This document shows, in pieces, positions 1-10,071 of a DNA stretch of 64,000 nucleotides (positions are counted from its first letter, which is position 1; every line of letters begins with the position of its first letter). This DNA is from Podarcis erhardii. Lineage: Eukaryota. The notes beneath the pieces are model-generated. The model did not search any database. It was not told the origin of the DNA and saw nothing but the letters and a program-made list of their open reading frames with translations. The position numbers and the translations under genes are program-made. The stretch lies in assembly GCA_964252035.1 (NCBI GenBank), contig OZ176204.1; one strand, written 5' to 3'.

Positions 1-950
1 AGAGACTTGGAGGTGTTCTTGCTATTTATTTGGCTACTGGGCAGAGCGCTGCAGGGATTCTGCAACATGTTGCTCAATTTTACCAAAGTTTCTACAGAAG
101 CAGAATTAAGAAGATCCAGAACTATGCTGATCCTCTCCCCTCCCGTCCTTGTGAAAATACATTCATGTGTGAGAGGCTGTGAGGTATTGTCCCTGTTTAA
201 CATGCAGCTATAACTTACCCTAAGATGAACCAAAATAGGGTCACTTGTGTTCAGACTAACTACAAGGAATGTACTCTGTTGAGAGCACCAGAACACCTTT
301 CTGAGGCAAGTAGAATTTGAGTGGAGTGAGAGGTTGCTAGTACAATAAGATGTAAGTGGAGATTGGGCATAATGGTTGCTGCAGAGTCAGCCATAGGCCT
401 ACTTTCCTAAGTTTAAAAATCATAATTTGATCTCTCGACAGTGGTGCCAAATTCCTTTTTAGGTCTCTTTGTTTCATTTCTGCACTGTGACCCCCTTACT
501 AAGTTCCACCTTGCTGGTACTGTCACCACCCCTGAGGGGTTCGTAGGGTCACATTCTCGGTTAATATTAATTGGCCAAGATCAGCTTTCTCCAGAGCTGG
601 CCTAGCTCAGGTTCCCTCTTGCTCTTAGATTAGCTGCAGCTTGATGCTGGAGTTCTGCGAGCAGGTAAGTGCCATCATTTCGTTCCTCCTCTTTTATCAT
701 TTTGGCCTCCTTAGCCCTGCTAGCTTTAGTAGACAGGTCTAAATTGGATGTTTTCCCCAACTGAGGCAGAGATGTCAAGGGAATATGCTGAACTCTCTCA
801 AGACCAGGACTGGGTTTGGGAAGGTATCATTCTTGGCTCCCTTTCGCCAGTCAATTCTTTCTCAACCCAGAAATATTTTGCAGAGATGAAAGGATGCATG
901 GCAGCAAGGATTCAATCTTCTCCCTCCCTGCATGTCAGCTCTCTAAATCT

Positions 951-1410
951 CTTTTTTTTTTAAATATAATTTTTACCAATTTCTTTTTTAACACAATATT
1001 TCAGCATACCAATAACAAAACAAATAAATTCTTTGCTCTACTGAGCTCATGACTTCCCTCCATCCCTTCAACTGGTTTTTAATTTTCAAATCTTTGTGTC
1101 GCACTTTATATCCTCTACTTCAGACCTTTATATCCTTATGATCAACTCTGTCTCAATGGTCTATAAAGTTTTGTGATTTAGAGTTTCTTAGTTGCAGAAT
1201 TTATATCAATCCCGCTAGTATCTTCACATTTTTACAATAATTATTCATATACTCAATAAATTTACTCTCTTTGAAACTTTTGGTCGTCTTGGTTCCGGAT
1301 CTTGCCTGTCAGCTTGGCCAGTTCCGCATAGTCCATCATCTTTGTCTGCCACTCCTCAATTGTTGGTAGTTCCTACAGTTTCCATCTCAGCTCTCTAAAT
1401 CTCATAGGTG
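951..1410 (-). mobile_element. L1-like LINE 3' fragment (degenerate ORF2 C-terminus, 3' UTR, A-tail)
   Basis: Minus strand translates to ELPTIEEWQTKMMDYAELAKLTGKIRNQDDQKFQRE (about 1268-1374), resembling squamate L1 ORF2 ends. T-run at 951-962. Confidence 0.55.
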
Positions 1411-1574
1411 CTCAGCTCTATATGGGCTTGTCTTCTGTTTTGGAAGGGTCCATCCCTAACTCAAGGTATCTCCCCTACCCTAAAAATTCTGGACTATACC
1501 ACAGCAAACAACTTTGGGGAAAAGGCACTGTATCCCCGCCACTCAGGAGATGCCTCCCTTTGCTATGAGAGCTG

Positions 1575-1790
1575 AAGAAGAGTCTGCTGGATCGTGCAAT
1601 GACCTGTCTAGTTCACCACCCTGTTCTTACAGAGGCCAACCAGATGTCTGGGAGGAACCTGCAAGCAGGACCTGAGCACAGAAGCACTCTCCCCTTCTGC
1701 CCTTCTGCAGTTTCCAGCAACTGGGATTCAGAACTGGGGGCAGAGTGTAGCCATCATGGCTAGTAGCCATTGATAGCTGTTTTCTCCATT
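1575..1790 (-). mobile_element. CR1 LINE 3' UTR fragment
   Basis: Similar by eye to 43677-43880 and 44265-44300, where it is joined to recognisable CR1 ORF2 sequence. Confidence 0.55.
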
Positions 1791-2266
1791 ATGTTGGGAA
1801 AGGAAATCCAAATGCAAACTTCATAGATGTGCCTCTTTGGGGTGCTGTGTGTGCTCTGGGCAATCTCTTGCCCTTTGAACTCAGTGTATATACATTCACG
1901 CAAGGAGCCTGGTTATTCCATCTCGGAAGATAGGCAGGAGAATTGGCAGAGCCACAGAGGGGACACGTTCAACTCTGGGTGCATTCTACTAGCTGTCATT
2001 ACTCACACGGACAGCAGTGGGTGAGCAAAACCTTTCCACCAATGCTGCACTGGAGTCATCTGAAGTGAGAGTGACTCCTCACCCTCAGCACTATCCTATG
2101 ATCACCCGTGACTCTTCCACCATCCTACATCCCTTAGCATCGTGATTCTGGAGCAGTAGACTCAACCGCTGAATATTTGGCACCAAGCCTTTGCCCTCCA
2201 TCTAAACCCGATGTCCAGTATCTACTTAACACTGCTTCCTCTCTCCACAGGCTCTGAGTGGCAGAG

Positions 2267-5200
2267 ATGAGGAGCCGCCAGAGGATGTATTCTGCTGTCA
2301 TGCGCTTCTTCCTGAAATGCCTGCGGATAGGTCAGCGGCGTCGGTTCTGGCTGACTAAGCATGTGGGGCAGCTCTGGCTGTATGGGCGCCTCTGTTTGCG
2401 CTCCCTGGTGTACAACTCCTTTGCTAATGGTGACACTGCTCTCGACGCCCTCTTTGAGCCCATCTACTGGCTGGTGGATCACGTCACCCGCTGGTTTGGG
2501 GTGGTGAGTATCTCGGGAGGAAAGGCAGCAGAGTGCAGCTTCAGGCCCACTGGAGACATGTTCAGCTCTAGGAAATAAAGAGTTTGAGCCCCAGGCTTCA
2601 AGCCACCATCAAACATCCAAGCTGGGCAAGGAGATACATGACCTTGCAGATGTGGGAGGAGATGGCACTGATGCTTTGCAGAATTCTTTTGTGGTCCCCC
2701 AGCGCTGCTGTTTTCTTCAGAGTATGGGGAGACCAAGTTGGGTTTAGCGTGGGGATCCATCCACTGGAAACATTCCTTCATCGACAGGGCTGAGACTTGT
2801 CTGCAGTGTGTTGGTGGCTCAGACCCTTCCCTCTTCCCCCTCAACAGGTGTTTGTGGCTCTGGTGATCACTCTGACCAGCTCAGTGGTGGTCATAGTGTA
2901 CGTCTGCCTCTTGCCGCTTGTCTTGCGAACCTACCCCCTTCTTTGGATCTTCTGGCATTTCATCTATGGTCACTGGAACCTCGTCATGATTGTCTTCCAC
3001 TACTATATGGCCATCACTACTCAGCCCGGTTTTCCTCCGCAGGTAGGGTAGAGGTATCAATATCTCTGATTTCACTTTTATTAAGTTTATTTTTTAACAC
3101 TGAGATCCATGGTAGGACATGATTTCCTACCACTTCTTCTTTCACTGGTGACTCTTACACAGAACGTTATGGACAAAGGGCTGATCTCGAGTTGCCGCTG
3201 TGTGCAAGCTCCAGAGGGCCCATGTCCAAATATGCTTGACCCAGTGTGTTTTGGGTTAGTGTAAGGGCAATGGCACTCTTGCAACCACGCTAAAGGCTAC
3301 CGATGTTCCTTCCAGCAGCAGTTGAAGAGCGATGTCGCTGCTGTCTCCATCTGCAGGAAATGTATTGCCCCGAAGCCTGCCCGGACCCACCACTGCAGCA
3401 TCTGCAACAGGTGGGCATTCCCCTTGTATCAGACCAGTGTCACGTGTGAAAACCCGAACCCTTTAAAGATGCTTTATGGGCAGGCAGATAACCAGGGTCA
3501 TTTATCTTTCACATTGTATGTGAGCATGAAATGTCTTGTGGTAGCTCATGTAGAATCCTGTGTCTGGCAAAGACTCCTGAAAATTTTAGAAAGCTTTTTG
3601 AACTCCACATTTCCCTCTTGGCATATACTTCTTGTGATTCTCTCTTATATTTTCCATAAATATCCAAATACTTGTTTCAGAATAAAGCACGAGAATGCAG
3701 GAAGCATAACTCCTTGACTTATTGCACACTTTTGTGATCTTCATAATTTTGGATATGGAGTGAGAGTTTCCTCTGATGCAGAATTGCAATGACAATAATA
3801 ATCTGGACATAGATGAATTGTTGCCTGTTTTTCATGCTGAAGTCTTGCAGTCCCTCTTTCAGCTGAGATATAACTTGTAAGAACATCAACATAGTTTCTC
3901 TGCACTGAAAAAGAAAGTACAGTAAATAGAGGAAGGGCGGCATGGGAGCGAGGGAAAATAAAATTGTGTGGTTTTAATAAATTAGGCAAATATGTTCAGT
4001 CTGCAAATGTCTGTTTTGCATAATGTCTGCTACCTGTGGGATTAGGGATAAAGGACTATGCAGAACATCAGAGCTTGGGAAATGCTGCTCAGTCCTCCTC
4101 CTCTTTGAATTTTCTTTGCTTTCTCCACTCACTTTAAACCTTTGGTTTTATTTCCCAAGCCATAAAGGTTAGAAACTTGCCTTTTTTAATGAAAGGAAAC
4201 ATGCTCAAGAAGCTAAATTCTGCCAAATGCTGTGTAGCCTTGGGGTGCATCTGTGTACCTATAGACTATATGCATCTCTACCTTTAGGAACACCTGCAAG
4301 TTTGTGCAGAAGTCTCCTTACACTAAGGTAACATTGCCAAAGACTGCAGAGGGCTTTGTATTGAGGCCAGTGAGCAGCCAGTACCCAGCTCTCGCCAAGC
4401 AGCCTTCAGCCGGTCTCTTGCTTGCATGCACATTAAGGGATCGAGTGGTGACTTGTTCTTGTTTTTCTTGCCTTGTGTTGCTGCACCGTGTCATGTTCCA
4501 TAGCTGCATCATTTCCTTACTATTTAAGCTGTGCTGCGCTGTCAGCACCCCATTTTCCTTCTGTCTCACCTCCAGTGTGCAATAGCGCCCTAACGCAAAT
4601 GCTATTTCCCTTCCACAGGTGTGTGTTGAAGATGGACCATCACTGCCGTATCCTTCTGCAGGCCCATAGCTGGACTGACTTGGGGGTCTCCTGTAAGGTC
4701 ACTTATCCCAGGAACGCGATGATATATGCAAAGTGATAATATATATCCCCAGGGAAAGTAAAGGATGTCTTGAGATTAACTGGTCCAAGGGGGTAAACTC
4801 GCAACATTGAAGAGGAAAAGTATTTGTGCCGATCTCCTGTGAGGCATGTCTCAGTAAATGTTTTGGGAACAATCAGCTGCATTTCAGAGGGGGCATTCCT
4901 GTTTCAGCATCAAAGCGAAATGGTTCTTAGGCCAGAACTATTATTCCTTCTATGTGAAGCATCATCCCCTGTTCTTCTTACCTGCTGGGTTATGGTTTTA
5001 TTAAAGTGTGTCCTGAGTAAGCAGATCTCCTCAGTCCCCGAAACTGAAAGGAGCAGCAAAATTGGAAGGAGCCCCAACAGGTGGCATGGTATTAGGTGGA
5101 TCAATTAAATCACCAGTACGGTTTGGGTGCAGATCCAGAATTGGCTATCCCCTGTTACACGGTGAGGAGGGTTGGGGATTTTTGCCTGCCTTTACAGACC

Positions 5201-7459
5201 TTTAACCCCAAGGGACAGCATGGCTGAACAACTGCGTGGGGCACTTCAACCACCGCTACTTCTTCTCCTTCATGCTGTTCATGACCATGGGCTGCATCTA
5301 CAGCAGCGTCAGCGGCTGGGACCTATTCTGGGAGGCCTATGCTGCCATTGAGGTGAGGTTTCTGGCTGAACTGGGGTCTGTCTGGGCACATGGTGGCATG
5401 GGAGGGGGTGGGGCTCTTCCTCCTGGCCTGGATAACTGCACAAGGAGTTACCTAGGCCGAGGAGAACTGAGTGTGTGTAACTGGCAGCCTCTTTTCCATC
5501 CGATAGAAAATGAAACTGCTTGACAAGGGGAGACTGCACGTGACAGCCAATCAGGTGGGGTACCTGCTGCTCCGCTGCTCGAGTCAGGGACAGGGCAGAG
5601 CATGGCAGGGGAGCTTGCTGCTCTGCCCCAGCAATTGACTCTACAGCCGTGGCTGTGACTGCTCAGATTCCCTTTCCTGGGCAGAATCACTCCTTCCCTT
5701 CTTCCTCCTAAGGGAGCCCGAGCCCATTCAGCTGCAGTTGGTTGTGCCATCGAGGGGAGGAACTGTTTGCACAACTGGCTAAGTGATGCTGTAGTCTTGT
5801 CTTCCAAAAGAGATAATGTATGAATGGGGAGTAAGGGAAGTGAGTATTGAACCCCAGTACCCATGCTCTGCCCCATCGCTGATTCATGATCAAGACCCTT
5901 GCCTCCCAAGAGGTGTCTGTCTTGTGCTGTGCTGTCTGTCCACCCATTTGTCCTTGAAAGACCTCCACATCTCATTGGTTTGGGGTCACAGCATCCTCCG
6001 CTGCATCCTCGCATCTCTGGCCACCGCAACATCTGCTTTTTCCTTGCAGACTTACTCTCAGACACCACCACCCACCTTCTCCTTCCGCCAGAGAGCTTTC
6101 CACAAGAGTATAGTGTATGCCTGGGTCCTCTGCAGGTAACTGATCTGGTTGTTTGGTGCTCATGGGGAAGAGGAGGGGCAAGTCTCTCCGGAATGCTTTG
6201 AGAAAGCTGCCAAGTCAGCCTCTGGAGCACAGAGCTTTCTAGCTGTCTTATTCTCTGCTCTCTGCAAAAGCCTCATCCAGCTATCAGTGAGAGATAATAA
6301 GCTACTTGCTCCAGCTATTTCAGCTACTTGGTGTTTGTCCATCCGCTGCAACATGCCTCTGTTCATTTCCCTGCAGTTCAGTAGCCTTGGCACTGGGCGC
6401 TCTCATGCTCTGGCATTCTGTCCTCATCACTCGTGGTGAGACCAGCATTGAAAGGCACATAAACCGCAAAGAAAGAAAGAGACTCCGACTAAAGGGCAAG
6501 GTAAGGAGGGCAAGGCTCAACCTTCAATGGGGGGGGGGGGGGAGAAAATGGAGGCAGAACAGCTGAGCTCACCTATTTGCTTGATGTGTGTGTCATGCTA
6601 AAGTTCCATCAGTTCAGGGTGTTTAGTTAGAAAAATAGCTAAAACAGGGCCTTTTCTCCTGCAGCCCCTTCCTATATAAACAAACTTCCTCTTGAGTTGA
6701 CCCTGTTTTTCTCCGGATTCCAGAAAACACAAACTATTTTTAATCAGGCATGCATTTGAATATTTTTTTTAAATATATATTTTTTGAATTAATTTTAATA
6801 CATTATATAGAACTCAGCTACGTAAACAGGGAGACTTTTTTTTTTAAGAGTATGATTCCGTCGCACTTATTTTTGACCATTTGAATAATTCTGAAGTTTG
6901 ACCATAGTCAGATTTCCCCAAGAGGGGTTGCTATGCAGAATGGAAGAATGAATAAATATGCCAGAACCAGGTCCTAGCAGAATATAATTTCATGCTACTT
7001 TTCCATTGGCCCTAGGTCTTCCAAAACCCATACAACTATGGTCCTTTGGGAAATTGGAAGGTTTTCCTGGGTGTGGAGACACAGAGGTGAGAACGGGAAA
7101 TGCGCAACTGGTATACTCTACATTTGCCCTGTCTTTTGGATAACAGGGTGGCTGGGGTTGGCTGGATCTTGACGAAGCAAGGTACTATTAGCACAGCTGA
7201 AGCTTCTTATTTTGCATTCCACAGTAATGCTGTAGCCCTCTAGGTTCTCTGTAATCTGGAAAATGCTTGGGCGGAATATACTAGCAAGCCTGTAAATGTC
7301 TTCCTGTGTTCCATTTATTCATTGAAAGATGTTCTCTTTTCTAGGCACTGGGTCACCCGAGTTCTACTACCCTCCACACACCCACCCTATGGATCTGGCC
7401 TGAGTTGGGAAACTCCACCCTGCATTGTGGAACAGAAGACTCCTCTCTTGACAATTTGA
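2267..7459 (+). CDS. ZDHHC16: Palmitoyltransferase ZDHHC16 (DHHC-CRD protein), 375 aa; join(2267..2503,2848..3042,3322..3410,4619..4647,5219..5352,5507..5554,6050..6135,6377..6500,7016..7086,7345..7459)
   Basis: Ten exons with GT-AG boundaries sum to 1128 nt in one frame. Translation includes [77 protein letters not shown] and NPYNYG, matching vertebrate ZDHHC16 as I recall it. The non-coding first exon and promoter appear to lie upstream of the window. Confidence 0.97.
4648..5218 (+). other. U12-type (minor spliceosome) GT-AG intron of ZDHHC16
   Basis: Donor GTATCCTTC (consensus RTATCCTTT). Branch-point-like CCTTTAAC at 5199-5206 with the A 13 nt from the acceptor. No polypyrimidine tract before the AG at 5217-5218. 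Confidence 0.88.
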
Positions 7460-7827
7460 TTTGATAAAGGGCAGAGTTGACCAGCTGCCGGAAGACGGGA
7501 AACCACAGGCTGCTTTCAAGGGGCAGCATAATGGACAGCACAGTTCCCCGAGGTGCTGGTGACGTCACATGCCACAATTGCACCAGCTGCAGCAAACTGC
7601 TCCAGCAGTCTTAGGATGAAGGTGGAAGAGCCCCCCCCCCAGCTGCAGGCAGCTGCGGTGAGACAGCAATGTCTTGCCCACATAATCCAGCCTATGTAGG
7701 ATGAAGTATTGGTATTCCTGGTAGTGGAGGAAGGCGCAATATGCCCCCTGCCCCACCTGAGGACCCTGGCTAGTATGCCAGGGTCTTGTTACTCTTCCAC
7801 TATGTAGGCAGGGATTTTTTAAACGAA

Positions 7828-7833
7828 AATAAA
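7828..7833 (+). terminator. Probable ZDHHC16 polyadenylation signal AATAAA
   Basis: First AATAAA I found after the stop codon, about 370 nt downstream, followed by T/GT-rich sequence. Confidence 0.6.
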
Positions 7834-8092
7834 AATCATTTTAATATGGTGTGGCATCTGTTCCTCTTTAGCAGAAGAGAAGGCACAATGGTGGCAATAT
7901 CTTAAGAAACTGATTGATCTCTCTATAGCTCACAACTGTCTTTTCAGAACAGATTCCAGGCAGTGCTGTTTTTACAGATAGTTGTAGGTCTTAAGAGATT
8001 TTGTTGGTCCCGGCCATTAGGTGTAAGGTCTTGGGGTGAAGTCTAAAAATATCTTTCAAAAGCCACAGATTGTCCCTACTCTTGTATATGTA

Positions 8093-8458
8093 AGGGCAAA
8101 GGTAAAGGTACCCCTGCCCGTACGGGCCAGTCTTGACAGACTCTAGGGTTGTGCGCTCATCTCACTCTAGAGGCCGGGAGCCAGCGCTGTCCACAGACAC
8201 TTCCGGGTCACGTGGCTAGTGTGACAAGCTGCATCTGGCGAGCCAGCGCAGCACATGGAATGCCGTTTACCTTCCCGCTGGTAAGCGGTCCCTATTTATC
8301 TACTTTCACCCGGGGGTGCTTTCGAACTGCTAGGTTGGCAGGCGCTGTGACCGAGCGACGGGAGCGCACCCCGCCGCAGGGATTCGAACCGCCGACCTTT
8401 CAATCGGCAAGTCCTAGGCGCTGAGGCTTTTACCCACAGCGCCACCCGCGTTCCCAAC
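8093..8458 (-). mobile_element. Sauria SINE, full length, with 12-bp target-site duplication
   Basis: tRNA-derived head (GTGGCGCTGTGG...GGTTCGAATCC on the minus strand), ACCTTT-type tail, TSD CTTGTATATGTA at 8081-8092 and 8459-8470. Confidence 0.9.
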
Positions 8459-8877
8459 CTTGTATATGTACCATTGCCAATTTTCCACTCTGTTGACCTC
8501 TCACCAAACTGCAGGTTTCTGTAGCCCTTTCAAGGCAGCAACATGAGAAGTGATGCTACCTCTCAGTGTTCCGCCCTTCCATGTTTTTACAAATAATTTA
8601 TGAGTAGTCCAGAACTAGTGGTGCATAGTAGGATTAAAGGGGGTGGGCTGCTATGCAGGACTGGTTTTGTTTGACTACCTGAAACTCAGCTATGGAGCAT
8701 GTATGAAAAGCAGCCCTGAAAAGTGTATGGTGGGGGGTTCTGTTATAATAGTCATGGGACATATGCCATTAAGCACTGCTTTCTTTGCAACCATCTACTT
8801 AAGAAGAGTAATTAGGCCTTCAACACAGCCCCAGGCCCCACCATTAATTCAAGTTAAGGTGTGGTCAATGGCTAGAC

Positions 8878-9009
8878 CAGTGTTTCTCAAACCTGGATCC
8901 CAACTGTTGGTGGACTACAATTCCCATCACCCCTGACCACTGATCCTGATAGCTAGGGATGATGGGAGTTGTAGTCCAACAGCTGGGGACCCAGGTTTGA
9001 GAAACGCTA
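8878..9009. mobile_element. hAT-like MITE
   Basis: Terminal inverted repeats (CAGTGTTTCTCAAACCTGG...CCAGGTTTGAGAAAC) and an internal palindrome GACTACAATTCCCATCA/TGATGGGAGTTGTAGTC. Relatives at about 28065-28195, 52880-53010 and 53471-53606. Confidence 0.65.
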
Positions 9010-9276
9010 TTCGAGAGTAGGCACCTTGCCAGCAAACGTCTTACACCTAGGAAGGGTAAAGTATGGCCTCTCTACCACTGAGGCTCAGCTGTTTTCTAGC
9101 ATGTACAACACTCTATGTCATGGCCAGTCATGTACTTTCATTGATTTTCAAATGCAGTTCTACTATGTTCATTAATGAGGGTTGTCACTGGAAAGACACA
9201 GCAGAGGAACAAGGAGCTGTAACCTTTAATGCCATGTATAAATTTCAGATGGGCAGCAGTGGCACTCTTTAAAAAC

Positions 9277-9282
9277 TTTATT
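9277..9282 (-). terminator. Candidate MMS19 polyadenylation signal AATAAA
   Basis: TTTATT on the plus strand about 800 nt past the MMS19 stop. An alternative lies at 9803-9808. Confidence 0.4.
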
Positions 9283-10071
9283 TGTAGAACACTTTCCAAA
9301 CAAGCAAACTACCACCTCATTGCAGAATGCCACACAGGGGCTCAGGTGGATTTCTGAACTCATTTTACTGCCAAAGGCAGCTGCAGCTTCACCAGTTTAA
9401 TACCAGTGGCTGATAATCAAGAAAGTAAACAACCACCAGCCTGCACTTACAGAAAAAGGCATACCAGATCAGTCAGTATCTTCCTATGCTAAGTTTGCTA
9501 GATATCTCCAGCAGGTATCACATCAGACAGAACGTTCCTAGACACCTAGGCTCAGCTCTTGCAACTTGTATTCAGAAATATTCTGTATTAAAGTAATTCA
9601 CTGTTTGATCTTTGCATGAGAGGTGCTAAGTTCATGCAGGAGGCTTTAGTTCTATTAGCACATGAAAAATCTCTCTGTACGCAGACACCATTATGGCAGG
9701 AAGGTGGGGAAGCTGCACTTAATATAAGGTGAAGGCAAGACCCTTATTTCTACTACTTCCCCACAAGAAGCACTTTTGCCAGAGGCTGTTAGCAAACAAG
9801 TTTTTATTCTTCTGGCCCCATACATACATAATATATGGGGGTCCTGCCACCTCCACTCACTACCACGCTGCAGCAGGAACAGGGGCCGGCTGTTCCTTCC
9901 TACTGAACGCTGATGTTGTGATTAGGAAAGGGCAGTCCACAAAAAAGTCCTCTTCTGCCCAGAGCCTTGCTGCTTTGCATGGAAATCTAGGCCCCAGGAC
10001 ATCAAGGCCGACAGCTTACCAGGTGAGTGGGGGCAGGTGAGATTGTCAGTCAGGATTTGCAGTGTGAACCT

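Noticed and set aside
1-2250. EXOSC1, expected upstream by human synteny
   Set aside because: No EXOSC1-like peptide or CpG island is seen in this interval; it presumably lies outside the window.
5448-6230. 260-aa minus-strand ORF
   Set aside because: Antisense to ZDHHC16 exons and introns, with no recognisable motif.
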